From: Candidatus Bathyarchaeota archaeon
Lineage (GTDB): Archaea > Thermoproteota > Bathyarchaeia > 40CM-2-53-6
Length of the DNA stretch: 64,000 nt
Reading direction: 5' to 3'
Assembly: GCA_963706285.1 (NCBI GenBank)
Contig: CAVPLU010000012.1
Span: forward strand, 64,001-128,000
Below, in pieces: positions 40,828 to 51,662 of the stretch. Numbering within the stretch: position 1 is the first letter of the stretch; the number at the start of each line of letters is the position of its first letter. A program made the position numbers and the translations under genes. The notes under the pieces were generated by a model, which was not told the DNA's origin, did not search any database, and saw nothing but the letters and a program-made list of their open reading frames with translations.

Positions 40828-41754
40828 CTAGATCTCTCGCTCGAGTGAAAAATTCGCGAGCTCTTCTAGAGCCGCCTTTCCTTCACCCTCTTTCAGGATA
40901 GTAATCTCAGATTTTGCCTTCTGGACATGTTCCTTTGACGCACGGGTTGCGAAAGCAATGGCCTTTTGCCTTAATGCCTCAGTTGCGTCATCCCTGTTCT
41001 TGTTCTCGTTCCGATCTAGCATCTCTGACACAGGGTTACGGAGTGCGGTCTCTCCTAAGTAGTGGGCAAGTACCAGGTTGGCTCGTTCGCGCTTTGACGA
41101 GTTGACGTTGCCAGTGAGGTCCAGTATGTCGTCTCGGATCTGGAACGCAACGCCCACAGCTCTTCCGTAGTTATACAAGGCGCTGATCTCTTCGCGAGAT
41201 CCGCCGCCAACAATGCCGCCTATCCCCGCAGATGCACCAAAAAGCGATCCCGTCTTCAAGTCTGCGATGTTGAGGTAGTGCTCGACATCTATGGCGAGCT
41301 CTGACACTACGTCGAGTATCTCGCCTTTGCTGAGCTCAACGAGGGCCCATCCGATCATCTTCATAATCTTCGGATCCTTGTAGTCCGATAGAACGTGGAC
41401 TCCTTCTGACGCCAGAAACAATCCCGCGCTGATCGCTTTGTCGTCGTTGAAAGCGACGTTTAGGGTGGGTGTGCTCCTTCGCATTCTATCCTTGTCGATT
41501 AGATCATCGAAGATCAACGATGCGGCGTGTACAAATTCGACGGCCACGGCCGCATTCAGCGCAGATTTTTCTTCACCTTTTACAGCCTGTGTGGCAAGCA
41601 GAACCATTATTGGTCTCAGGCGTTTGCCTCCGGTCCTGAACGTATACCTCACGAGTTCACTTGCCTCGCTCTGCTCGAACCCGGACGAGAGGATCTCGTC
41701 TATGCGTTCGTTCACGATCTTACGTTTCTCTTCTATGAGGTGCTGAAACTCCAT
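40828..41754 (-). CDS. Polyprenyl diphosphate synthase (GGPP synthase family)
   Basis: GGKRLRP, HAASLIFDDLIDKDRMRR, KTGSLF, AFQIRDDILD. Confidence 0.93.
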   Translation of the reverse strand: MEFQHLIEEKRKIVNERIDEILSSGFEQSEASELVRYTFRTGGKRLRPIMVLLATQAVKGEEKSALNAAVAVEFVHAASLIFDDLIDKDRMRRSTPTLNVAFNDDKAISAGLFLASEGVHVLSDYKDPKIMKMIGWALVELSKGEILDVVSELAIDVEHYLNIADLKTGSLFGASAGIGGIVGGGSREEISALYNYGRAVGVAFQIRDDILDLTGNVNSSKRERANLVLAHYLGETALRNPVSEMLDRNENKNRDDATEALRQKAIAFATRASKEHVQKAKSEITILKEGEGKAALEELANFSLEREI

Positions 41755-41837
41755 TCAGTCCACATCTGGGAGATCCCACATTTCGATATCAGTCCTAGAT
41801 AAGCAGACAAGTAGCTCACAACTTGGCCAGATTAGCC

Positions 41838-42527
41838 TCATTTTTGGCAGGCCCCGGCCAGGTCTTCGATCGCGGCCAACTGATCCTTTGCCTTGACGAT
41901 CCCGCTGGCCACAAGAACTCCTTGAGTGCCGAGCCTAAGGGCTTCCCTAACATCCTCTCCGGAAGTGATTCCTGCCCCGCAGAGGATGGTGACCTCAGAG
42001 TTGATTCGCCTGATTCTTGCCACGGTGTCGGTGATTACTTCGGGCTTCGCTTTGGAGACGGCTACCCCGCTGCCGATAAGTTCGGGCGGTTCCACAGCTA
42101 TCATATCGGGACCGAGCGATGCAATCGCCGCGGCAATGGGCGCTGAATTCGCACAAACCACGGTCGCAAGCCCAAGATCTCTGGCTCTTGTGATAGTGTC
42201 CTCGATTATGTTAGCTTCAAGCCTTCGCTCAGAATGATTGACGAGGATTCCAGAGGCGCCGGCTTCAAGCACCGACTCAGCCAGCACATGACCAGTATGG
42301 GAGCCAGGTTGGATCGGATCCATGTGCTGAGCGAACACTGGAACCTTTGTCTGTTGCGAAACGAGTCTAAGATCGGTCGCCTGAGGAGCGACCGCCACCG
42401 TTACGTCGAATCTTTTGCTCGCTTGCTCCGCGTAATTTGCGAGTTGGACGGCTTTGTTTCCCGTTGCTTCGAGATAGCACTTGAAATTGACCAGAACAAG
42501 CGGAAGAGAGATCTTGCGGCCGGTCAT
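41838..42527 (-). CDS. tpiA: Triosephosphate isomerase (archaeal type)
   Basis: VNFKCY, NHSE, AVEPPELIGSG, CGAGI, GVLVASG. Confidence 0.97.
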   Translation of the reverse strand: MTGRKISLPLVLVNFKCYLEATGNKAVQLANYAEQASKRFDVTVAVAPQATDLRLVSQQTKVPVFAQHMDPIQPGSHTGHVLAESVLEAGASGILVNHSERRLEANIIEDTITRARDLGLATVVCANSAPIAAAIASLGPDMIAVEPPELIGSGVAVSKAKPEVITDTVARIRRINSEVTILCGAGITSGEDVREALRLGTQGVLVASGIVKAKDQLAAIEDLAGACQK

Positions 42528-42648
42528 CAGATCCACCCTTGCACGAACACGCACAGCCATGCACAAACTTAAGCCTTCATAGAACGTCAGAACGGGATTT
42601 CAGAACTGTAATATATTCCAGGTCTGGGATAGCCTGACGCGAGGATCC

Positions 42649-43764
42649 ATGTCTACTGTCCCTCGAAAAACCACAGTGTCTGTGATAAAGGCTGACGTGG
42701 GCTCCGTTGCAGGTCACGCAACGGTTCATCCTAAGCAGATTGAGGCCGCGCGCAAGTTCCTAGAAGAAGCGCGAGGGAAAGGAACGATCTCTGACTTTCA
42801 TGTAACCCACGCCGGAGACGATCTAGAACTCATAATGACTCACACGAAAGGAGAGAACGCAACAGCCGTGCATGAGATGGCTTGGCGATGTTTCAAAGAA
42901 ATCACGGAGAAAGTGTCGAAACCTCTCAAGCTCTACGCCGCGGGTCAGGATCTTCTTTCTGACGCCTTTTCCGGCAACCTCAAAGGAATGGGGCCTGGCG
43001 TTGCGGAACTTGAATTCGCAGAGCGACAGAGTGACCCTGTGCTGATCTTCATGGCCGACAAGACCGAACCCGGTGCATGGAACTTTCCCGTCTTCAAGAT
43101 CTTCGCAGACCCATTCAATACTGCAGGCCTGACCATAGACCCCGAATTACATGATGGATTCATCTTCACAGTCCTTGACGTTGTTGACAATATCTCGGTT
43201 GACATCAAATGTCCCGAAGAGATGTACGACCTGCTTGCCTTGATAGGGACCCCAAGCAGGTACGTCATTTCGAAAGTCCGTCGGCACGACGGTTTGCCAG
43301 CCGCAGCTGCTAGCACGTCGCGCCTCTCATTGATTGCTGGCCGATATGTGGGTAAGGATGATCCTGTCTGCATCGTGCGTGCGCAGCATGGGCTTCCAGC
43401 AGCGGGTGAGATTCTGGAGGCGTTCGTTTTTCCTCACCTGGTTGCTGGCTGGATGCGAGGATCACATCATGGCCCCTTGATGCCTGTTAGTGTCGAGGAT
43501 CACCAGAACAAGACCAGTCGTTTCGACGGCCCACCGCGAGTGGTAGGTCTCGGTTTCCAAGTGGGTGATGCGAAGTTGGTCGGCCCCGTCGACCTGTTTG
43601 CTGACCCCTCCTTCGACAACAGTAGAGAGACTGCCAACTTAGTTGCTAATTATATGAGATTGCACGGCCCATTCATGCCGCACAGACTTGGTCAGGAAGA
43701 GATGGAGTATACAACCATGCCCGATGTCATGAAGAAACTGAAGAGCCGTTTCGTGAAGACGTAG
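42649..43764 (+). CDS. fbp: Bifunctional fructose-1,6-bisphosphate aldolase/phosphatase
   Basis: SVIKADVG..GH, GDDLEL, YAAGQDLL, DKTEPGAWN, YVGKDDP, GWMRGSH, MEYTT. Confidence 0.97.
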   Translation: MSTVPRKTTVSVIKADVGSVAGHATVHPKQIEAARKFLEEARGKGTISDFHVTHAGDDLELIMTHTKGENATAVHEMAWRCFKEITEKVSKPLKLYAAGQDLLSDAFSGNLKGMGPGVAELEFAERQSDPVLIFMADKTEPGAWNFPVFKIFADPFNTAGLTIDPELHDGFIFTVLDVVDNISVDIKCPEEMYDLLALIGTPSRYVISKVRRHDGLPAAAASTSRLSLIAGRYVGKDDPVCIVRAQHGLPAAGEILEAFVFPHLVAGWMRGSHHGPLMPVSVEDHQNKTSRFDGPPRVVGLGFQVGDAKLVGPVDLFADPSFDNSRETANLVANYMRLHGPFMPHRLGQEEMEYTTMPDVMKKLKSRFVKT

Positions 43765-43833
43765 CTCTCCACTTCTTCATGTGCGCAGAAACGCTATTAC
43801 ATCACAAGGCGAATCTTCAACGAGGCTCTACGA

Positions 43834-44777
43834 TTGAAGCTCAGAGTTCTAATCTGTGATCCAATTCACCAGGATGGCGTCAAGCTTCTTCGCGACGCGG
43901 GTTGCGAGGTCGTTGAGAAGCCAAAGATAACCCAAGAGCAACTTCTGCTGGAAGCCAAGAATTTCGATGTGCTCGTAGTGAGAGGGAGAACCAAGATTAC
44001 AGCGGAGGTAGTCGCTGTGGCCCCTTCGCTTAAGGCCGTTGCCCGGTCAGGAGTTGGCCTCGACAACATTGACCTTGAAGCTGCCAAGAAACGCGGGATA
44101 GCCGTCTTAGTCCACGCCTGGCGCTCCTGTCGTGAGCGTTGCGGAACTTGCAATCGGCCTGATGCTCTCTCTGTTCAGACAGATACCTTTGGCGGACCAA
44201 GCTATGAAACAGGCTGCAGTGGACGAAAAGCCAGCTGATGGGACGCGAACTCCACGGAAAGACGCTCGGAGTTGTCGGGGTCGGCGGTCGAATTGGCGCC
44301 GAGGTGGCACGAATTGGAATTCAGGGATTCGGAATGAAGGTCCTTGGATACGACATCGTTGATGTGACAGACAAGGCCAATGATCTCGGTTTCGAGATAT
44401 GCTCTGACCTCGATTCTCTGATTGAAAGAGCGGACATAGTGACGATTCATGTTCCGTACCTTCCGTCCACTCATCACTTGATAGATAGTTCACGGATCCG
44501 TCGCATGAAGCAGGGATCCATACTCATCAACACGTCGCGCGGCGACATTGTCGACGGAAAGGCTCTGCTTAGCGCCATCAAGGAAGGACGGATTTCAGGC
44601 GCGGGCCTTGACGTGTTTCATGATGAACCTCCTAAGGAGGACTGGGAGAAAGAACTTGCCGCATTGTCAGGCGGCATTTCCGTCTGCACACCTCATGTCG
44701 GTGCTCAGACCTCAGAATGTCAACGACTCGAAAGCACAACCGTGGCAAAAGATATCGTTAGACTGTTTGGAAGATGA
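43834..44777 (+). CDS. D-2-hydroxyacid dehydrogenase (SerA-like, no ACT domain); two frameshifts
   Basis: RSGVGLDNID, SVAEL, GKTLGVVG.GGRIG, INTSRG, LDVF..EP, TPHVGAQT. Confidence 0.9.
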
Positions 44778-44782
44778 ATTGG

Positions 44783-45107
44783 ATGAGTGCCACATTCAAG
44801 GACTTTGAGCGATTGGACATACGGGTCGCAAAGCTCGTTTCGGTTGAGAATATGCCAGGGATGAAGAAAGCTCATGAAAGCCAAAGTGGACTTGGGCGAC
44901 CGAATCGCCAACGCAGTCTTGGGTGGCGCTGAATACTACAAGCCCAACGACCTTGAAGGCAAAACGGTTGCCGCAATAGCAAACATGGAACCGAAAACTG
45001 TCGCCGGAGTAGAATCTGAATGCATGCTATTGGCAGCAGATGACCATGGCAAACCGATCTGGATAACTTTCCCAGATAGCCTTCCTCCTGGCACCAAGAT
45101 ACGGTAG
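44783..45107 (+). CDS. tRNA-binding OB-fold protein (Trbp111/CsaA); one frameshift near 44868
   Basis: FKDFERLDIRV...KVDLG...ANMEPKTVAGVESECMLLAA...PGTKIR. Confidence 0.88.
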
Positions 45108-45357
45108 GAAGATTCTCGATCCGTCCCGGTCAGAACGGTTGAACTTTGTGTTTCCTCGTTTGATCCGTTTGAGGGGGCTGCTTCGCTGTAGAGGTTGTTC
45201 CGGCGTATGACTCTGAAGGTTCTCAGGGGAGAGTTGTATCTACTCAGGCGACAACGATTCGTGCCTTGGTTGGCATGTGGATGCGCGTCGATGAGCATCA
45301 GCGCTTAGATGCTCTTGAGGCAAGGATCAAGAAGTTGGAAAAGCAGGTGGTGAAAGG

Positions 45358-45879
45358 ATGACCGACAAAGTCGAAAAGCTTTCCGAGCGCGTGTCCAGGT
45401 TGACTCCTGACGGTAACAGTCAGGCGCTGGCGCTCACAGCCGAAGAAAGGAACATGGTTAGTTACTTCTGGAGTCAGCTACACTGGATGCCTGATGAGTT
45501 TGAGGAATACTGGGCGATCCGGACCCGGATGGAGGACATTCATGCTGCTGTAGGTTCCGTCCATTTGGGCGCGGAAGAGAATCGGGAGTACATGAAGCTT
45601 AGCGAACGAAGCACAGAACTCGTTCACGACATACTTGGGAAGCGCGTACGCGCTAACAATGTCATTCGTGACATGATCTGGCCGGAGCTTGCTCCACGTG
45701 TGGTAAGATGCTGTAAGCTTCAGGAGAAACCGCAACTCACCGACGATGAGGTTGAAGAGTTGAAAGGGCTGATGGAATGGTTCAGCAAACTACGGCAGGA
45801 GGCTTTGAAGACAAGCTGTCAGGGGTTGCAAGCTGTCGGCGGAGAAGGCTATGGAAATGTTGAAAGAGACAGAGTGTGA
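45358..45879 (+). CDS. Hypothetical helical protein
   Basis: 173-aa ORF preceded by SD-like GGTGGTGAAAGG. Confidence 0.6.
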   Translation: MTDKVEKLSERVSRLTPDGNSQALALTAEERNMVSYFWSQLHWMPDEFEEYWAIRTRMEDIHAAVGSVHLGAEENREYMKLSERSTELVHDILGKRVRANNVIRDMIWPELAPRVVRCCKLQEKPQLTDDEVEELKGLMEWFSKLRQEALKTSCQGLQAVGGEGYGNVERDRV

Positions 45880-46012
45880 GGAATGCGGCAATGCGGGAGA
45901 GCAAGCGAACGCCGTTGGCGCCAGCACACAATAGCACGCAAGACCCTGATGTTGTCAGGGCAATGAACCTTGAATAGAGTTAGCGTTCAACACTGGGTGG
46001 GAGAAGCGACGC

Positions 46013-46492
46013 TTGCCGAAGCCTAAGCCGCAACGGATTCGTAAACCCGTCCTGATCGGAATATCCGCCCTGATCGGTTTTGCTGCAACATTTGGTTTCG
46101 ATATGATCTATGACGTCCCCGGATTGATCTACCCCGTCATTGATGGAGTAATCACAGCAACCCTCTCGGCTCTGCTGGCATTTTTCGGGTGGTCGCGAAG
46201 TGGGCAAAGGTTCAGAGAAGTTCTGGTGCTAATGCTTGTCCTGCCATTCCTTCAGTACATGTTGTCGGGCTTGGCATTGTCGATAGCTTATGGAATTCCT
46301 CTTCAGGCGGGTATGATAGTGCCATTGGATCCTAATGGTATTGCATTCCTTGTTGTCAACGGGGTGGTGTTTGCCGTGATTGGCGTTCTGTCGAGCTCCC
46401 ACGGTTTATCGGTCCCCATCTCTCTCGGAAGCAAAGGAACAAGAGTCGAGTCGAGAGAGAGCATGGGACTAGGAGCTGCAAATGCTAGTTAG
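46013..46492 (+). CDS. Hypothetical 4-TM membrane protein
   Basis: Four hydrophobic segments. Confidence 0.65.
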   Translation: MPKPKPQRIRKPVLIGISALIGFAATFGFDMIYDVPGLIYPVIDGVITATLSALLAFFGWSRSGQRFREVLVLMLVLPFLQYMLSGLALSIAYGIPLQAGMIVPLDPNGIAFLVVNGVVFAVIGVLSSSHGLSVPISLGSKGTRVESRESMGLGAANAS

Positions 46493-46711
46493 ATTCAAAG
46501 GCGACTACGAAGCCTCCTTCCAATGACACGACACAATACACCAGAAGACCAAATACGGAACCTGTCTCTCACACTATGTTCATGTGACGACACATTCACG
46601 GCACGAGAAGAAGCAAAGAATTATTCTAGCGTGCAAACTCAAACGAACCTTATATATTCACGCGATTAATGGGTGCGCCACCTTACTAAGCAAAGCCACG
46701 GAGATCCCTTC

Positions 46712-47641
46712 ATGGAAAGACGAGCGACCTTCACAATTTGCTTGTTGACCATTCTGGCATTCTCGTGGTCAGCAACCTGTGCACACGCTTCGTCAGTCAA
46801 CTACGCGATTCATGGCGGAAAGGTGACCGTGGAACTTTCCCTGCAGTTCTTCCAGAACGTCACAGCAATGCCAAGCGTGAGCCAGACGTTCTCGGGTGCA
46901 GCGTCTCAGAGTCTTTCATCCGCAATAGAAGGCAGCCTCAGAAACGAGGCCCGCAGCGCCTCAGTTTCCTCGCTTTCAGGTGATCTGAAATCAACAGGTA
47001 ACTGGATCAACACGACAATCCGATTCGATATCAGCGGGGTTTCCACCCAAAATGGGAGCCTCCTGAATCTGAATTGCTCTTGGATTCGCTTCAAAGTAGC
47101 CAACGATCTCAAGCTCGGAGATCTTAGCTACAACCTAATCGGAGCGACCTACATCAAACCAACATTTGAGAAGTATGCAGACTTTCAGATCGCTCCCCTC
47201 AATGCAACCGTTTCTGGAGTCGTATACAGACTTGACACATTGGATGTGACTCCTGAAGTCGCGGCTCAGAAGGCTGGCAACGCGACACTGCTTGACTTTA
47301 GCTACGTTTCACCGCCAGTTGAAGAGTGGAAGATGTCATTCAACTTAACTCAGGCTTCAACAACGTGGACTTACGCACCAGTTCCCGCTGTTGCAATGCA
47401 AATGGCGGTAACACCGAAAATTGGAGCGGCATTTCATCTGGATGCTTCGTATGCCTACAACGCGACCCTTTCAGTCGATGGATTCGCTCATGTGCACGCA
47501 GACACAATAACCACGGATGTTTCAAGTGGTTATGAACCGCTGCTCATGCTGGCTGTCGTGATCGCGACTTTCGCGGTCGCTGTGGCGACAAGTTGGGTTT
47601 ACAGGTCTCGACGAAAGCAATTGCCTCGAAGACGAAAGTAG
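46712..47641 (+). CDS. Secreted, C-terminally membrane-anchored protein
   Basis: Signal peptide (AHA cleavage site), Ser/Thr/Asn-rich beta body, TM + RSRRKQLPRRRK. Confidence 0.75.
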   Translation: MERRATFTICLLTILAFSWSATCAHASSVNYAIHGGKVTVELSLQFFQNVTAMPSVSQTFSGAASQSLSSAIEGSLRNEARSASVSSLSGDLKSTGNWINTTIRFDISGVSTQNGSLLNLNCSWIRFKVANDLKLGDLSYNLIGATYIKPTFEKYADFQIAPLNATVSGVVYRLDTLDVTPEVAAQKAGNATLLDFSYVSPPVEEWKMSFNLTQASTTWTYAPVPAVAMQMAVTPKIGAAFHLDASYAYNATLSVDGFAHVHADTITTDVSSGYEPLLMLAVVIATFAVAVATSWVYRSRRKQLPRRRK

Positions 47642-47646
47642 CGCCG

Positions 47647-48171
47647 CTAAGCGCTTATTCTGGCGCTCGCCATTTTGGTGAGGGCATCTTCGCCGAATGA
47701 GCTTGAGAAGTGCTTAAGCAATATCCCTCGATAGAGTGCAGCCTCGTCCTCGCTCATGTACTGGAACATGTACGGGCCTTGGTATGGCGATGGTGCTCCG
47801 TCTCTTGTTATGAACTCAATGTGCATGAGCGGCTCTCCGCATTTGATGGTTATGGGCTGGCGATCGTTGCTCAGATTCACAAGCTCCAGCGCCAATCGTC
47901 CGACGAAACCGCTGTGGACTTTGGCGGCGTTCAAGAATGATAGCCCCATTCTTCCATATCGACTCTTGGCAGTGAGGTGAGCCACGTAGTTCGGAGGAGT
48001 GAAAACCACCTCGTGCGAGATTAGATTCTTGTGCTCCAGATAGTGCAGCGTCGTCTCATCTCTGACGGTTAAGACATATCCGTCACCATCTAGAAGATCG
48101 AAATCGAACGGGTGAACGCACTTGAAGGAGTTGACGAGTTCAAGGAGTTTGTCTTTTCCCAGTATGCCCAA
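47647..48171 (-). CDS. dcd: dCTP deaminase/dUTPase-fold protein
   Basis: AKSRYGRMGL, VHSGFVGRLALELVN, PYQGPYMFQ. Confidence 0.8.
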   Translation of the reverse strand: MGILGKDKLLELVNSFKCVHPFDFDLLDGDGYVLTVRDETTLHYLEHKNLISHEVVFTPPNYVAHLTAKSRYGRMGLSFLNAAKVHSGFVGRLALELVNLSNDRQPITIKCGEPLMHIEFITRDGAPSPYQGPYMFQYMSEDEAALYRGILLKHFSSSFGEDALTKMASARISA

Positions 48172-48239
48172 CGCTCGTATCCCACCTGTCTGGTGAACTG
48201 CTCCATTCCTCTGTTTTGTGAGTTTCGGATCGCAATATG

Positions 48240-48755
48240 TCAGGCAGAAGGAACGGCTGTGAAGGGCAGTTTCAAGCTCGCGCCACCAGCGTTCTCCTGG
48301 ACTTCCGGGGCAACCTTCAGCATAACGACGGTATTCGTGCCGAATTGAACAAGGAACGGAACAGAGACCGAGATCACGCTGGATTCTAGCTGAAGATTTC
48401 GTGAAGCGCCGTTGGTTATCATCGTCGCGTTCGTCACCTTCACGCGTATTGCTTCATACTGCCCGAGAGGCAGGCTACCCAACGCAACAACCTCGCTCAT
48501 GTTAGTCATTGCCAGATCTACAAGAGTTGATTTGTTTGATATGGACTGCCAAGCCGACGGCCCGCTAATGTCCAATCGGTGGGCACTGATTTCCGAGATG
48601 GTGACGTAGAGATGGTCTGCGTGAAGAGAGGTTGTCGAGGACAAGGTCACCTTCACGCCTCCGTTTATCAGCGGCGGAAACACTATGAGAAATGCCACTA
48701 CAAGCAGCACGATCACGGCGATGATTCGTTTTGCCCGCATCGTCTTCAGCTTCAA
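48240..48755 (-). CDS. DUF4382-like membrane-anchored Ig-fold protein
   Basis: N-terminal TM; HLYVTISEISAH...VDL...LPLGQYEAIRV pattern. Confidence 0.65.
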   Translation of the reverse strand: MKLKTMRAKRIIAVIVLLVVAFLIVFPPLINGGVKVTLSSTTSLHADHLYVTISEISAHRLDISGPSAWQSISNKSTLVDLAMTNMSEVVALGSLPLGQYEAIRVKVTNATMITNGASRNLQLESSVISVSVPFLVQFGTNTVVMLKVAPEVQENAGGASLKLPFTAVPSA

Positions 48756-49045
48756 GCGGCTCTATCAGAAGTGAATTCCATATAATCGTATCTTCGGTCA
48801 AGATACGTTCTTGTACAGACTGCTCGCTTCCGAGCGCCTCGTCCTAGCCGACGGTGAGACGTGGAGAGAAACAAGCGAAACGTTAGCTGCTGACTTCACT
48901 GTATGAAGATCCAACCCAGTGACGCCATCAGTAGTATGCGAGTGCTTCACCTAGTCGATTAGTGCATTTCATGCGGAATGGTTATCTAGCGCCAGACGAG
49001 CGTCGCTAGGTTGATCTCTAAAACCATTGGAGACTGAGATAGGGT

Positions 49046-49483
49046 TTGCCGAAGAATATCCTGGCTCCTGTCGATGGTTCTACGTACATGGAACGAAACG
49101 TCAGATACACGTGTCACATCGCCAAGAGTATGGGTTGTGACATGACGCTACTTTACGTGGTGACGATGCCGATCGGCATCATGTCGGACTACGGATATGC
49201 ACCTCCTGCATTTGTCGACATTGAGCAGTTTCGACGAATCGGCTCCGAAGTTCTTGAGAAAGCCAAGAAGATTGCACAAGAGAGCGGAATAGATGCCAAG
49301 ACTAGGCTGGAGGTAGCGTCTGGGAACGCTGCACAGAAGATCCTTGAAGTCGCCGAGAGCGGAGGGTTCGACCTAATCGTCATAGGCTCCAAGGGCCACA
49401 GCCTTCTCAGAAACGTGCTCGTCGGAAGCGTCTGCGACACAGTTTTCCGCCACTCTAAGTGTCCGGTCCTGGCGATACGGTAG
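49046..49483 (+). CDS. Universal stress protein (UspA family)
   Basis: NILAPVDGS, DLIVIGSKG, VGSVCDTVFRHSKCPVL. Confidence 0.95.
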   Translation: MPKNILAPVDGSTYMERNVRYTCHIAKSMGCDMTLLYVVTMPIGIMSDYGYAPPAFVDIEQFRRIGSEVLEKAKKIAQESGIDAKTRLEVASGNAAQKILEVAESGGFDLIVIGSKGHSLLRNVLVGSVCDTVFRHSKCPVLAIR

Positions 49484-49783
49484 AGCCGAACAGCCACCAG
49501 CCGTACATGTGAAATATGCTGTTACTTAGCAGCCTTGGCTTTTCGTATTACGTCACCGTTGGACCTGGTGAACTTGATGCTGTCGCCTTTCTCAGCTCGG
49601 CTTCAACCCTATTCATTAACGAGTTATCTACACCCTCGAAAGGGGTCTAGCACAGCAATCCAGAGAACTCGTATCGATTGAAAAGAAAGAAACCAGAAAA
49701 AAGGGAAGTCGGCAAGAAGCGAACCCGAACTCCTTCTGGTCGAGTTTGCTTCTATGCTAACAGAATAGCCTTGTCGTTTTTGT

Positions 49784-49951
49784 CTAGTAGTGGTGGTAAT
49801 CAGCGTGAGGTGGTATCATGTGACGATCAAACCACTTGTAGTCATAATGTCCTCCGAAGTACGGATAGTCATAGAACTGTACGGGGTAGTACCAGTACTG
49901 CGGATAAGAGTACTGAGGATAGTACCAGTATTGGGGATACCAGTATGACAT
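49784..49951 (-). CDS. Tyr/Trp/His-rich repeat microprotein (55 aa)
   Basis: MSYWYPQYWYYPQYSYPQYWYYPVQFYDYPYFGGHYDYKWFDRHMIPPHADYHHY; strong SD AGGAGGTGA at 49967-49959; repeats vary at synonymous sites. Confidence 0.85.
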   Translation of the reverse strand: MSYWYPQYWYYPQYSYPQYWYYPVQFYDYPYFGGHYDYKWFDRHMIPPHADYHHY

Positions 49952-50033
49952 ACCTCTCTCACCTCCTAACCACTCATGAACTACTGCCTAGACGCTAGAG
50001 AAAGTGCGATTGACTGTCGACGAGTTTCTCAGG

Positions 50034-50303
50034 CTAAAGGTGGTGCCATTGAGAGCGTCCACAGTTCGGACAGTAGTCAATGCCTGCATCAGTTGTAGCA
50101 ATCAAGGGCTGGAAGCAATACCTGCAATCCTCCATCCTCTCCACTTCTTGAGAATGGTTGGCAATAGTGCGGATCCATTCAGAGCCAGGCTTCGGATAGA
50201 CGTACCAGTGCTCATGTGGAAATCCATAGTCGTGGTATTCATACGTCCGATGTGCTGGACAATAAGCCACATCCGGCAGAGCACTTAACCCTCTATATGA
50301 CAT
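50034..50303 (-). CDS. Tyr/His-rich zinc-ribbon small protein (paralogue 1)
   Basis: MSY...YCPAH.TYEY...EDCRYCFQPLIAT.D..IDYCPNCGR.Q.H; alternative ATGs at 50309 and 50315. Confidence 0.75.
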   Translation of the reverse strand: MSYRGLSALPDVAYCPAHRTYEYHDYGFPHEHWYVYPKPGSEWIRTIANHSQEVERMEDCRYCFQPLIATTDAGIDYCPNCGRSQWHHL

Positions 50304-50572
50304 ACTCATTTTCATCCTTCCCTGCCATAATGGTAAAGCAAGGTCAGCATACATCTTTCAGTTTACAAGCGTTAGATATTGACGCCCCCGACAAGATGTG
50401 CACAGAAACATTGAGTTCTGGATCAATGTGGTGTAAAGCCTAGTAGTATTCAGCGTTAAGAAAACCTCAACCGAGGAAATCCGCAAGCCTCATGTGCTCG
50501 CTGTCAGCTTCAAGCCCTCGACGAGATGCGAGTGGCAAGGTCTTTATTGGGAAACAGAGAATTCACCAAGGG

Positions 50573-51376
50573 GTGCAACAGGTGCAGGTCTCAATCGATG
50601 GAACAACGATACACTACGTTGACTCCGGAGATCCTGCAGGCTAGACCCATCGTTCTTATTCACGGATTTCCGTTCAGTCATGAGATGTGGAGCCCACAGA
50701 TCGCCTTTCTAGAAAAGAAGCTGCGTGTCATCGCCTACGACGTTCGAGGGCATGGCAAGAGCGATGTTGGCGACGGCCAGTACACCCTCGAACTGTTCGT
50801 GGACGACCTCATAGGTCTGCTAGACCATCTGAAAATAGAGAAAGCAGTCTTGTGCGGGCTATCGATGGGGGGTTACATTGCTCTGAGAGCGATTGAACGA
50901 AACCCTGAACGCTGGCATGCTCTCGTTCTCTGTGACACCTCCTCGCAGGCCGATTCGAATGAAGCTAAGCTTAGACGTGCAGCCACGATAAGGGCGATTA
51001 AACGTGAAGGCGTGAAACCATTCGCAGACACATTCTTGGAATCAGCCTTCGCTCAGACGGCCAAAGACGCCGAAGCTGAGACTGATGATGAAGAAGATCA
51101 TCGAATCGAATTCGCCCATTGGAATTTGCGGAACCCTCCTTGCGCTTGGCTGGAAGAACAGATACAACAGCCGCGTTGAAAACAATCAACGTTCCAACGC
51201 TCATTCTTGTTGGAGAACTCGACAAGATTACCCCGCCCGTCCTCTCGCAGAGGATGCATGACGAGATCAAAGGGTCCGAACTTCACATTATTCCTCATGC
51301 TGGACATTTGAGTAACCTTGAAAACTCGGCGGAATTCAACAAGTGTCTGCTTGACTTCCTACAAGGACTGACTTAG
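50573..51376 (+). CDS. Alpha/beta hydrolase (PcaD/enol-lactonase-like); frameshifts near 50640 and 51060-51150
   Basis: LIHGFP, DVRGHG.S, GLSMGG nucleophile elbow, GELDKITP, AGHLSNLE. Confidence 0.9.
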
Positions 51377-51662
51377 AACCACTTAGCCATCAGATGATGC
51401 TTGAGCTTTGGCCTATTGCTGACTCTAATATGCTGGCATTTTCGAAGGCTGGCCCGCAGTTGATGCCAGCGCAAGTGCTCGCCAGACTCTTGGACGAGGC
51501 AAGGTATCTTTCTCACACTCAGGCGTATCATGTTTGGCGAAACCATTGATAGACCCTCCTTAGCTCTTGTCTCTGTTCGGAAAAGAGCCTACAATGGTTA
51601 GCGGTCGTAAACTGGAACACGTATGCTGGACTCGTCCATTCTCTTCTTACAGTGAAATTGAA

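Noticed and set aside
49678-49998. Plus-strand 106-aa ORF in the ORF track
   Set aside because: Antisense to the Tyr-rich microprotein, which has the SD and the coherent repeat structure
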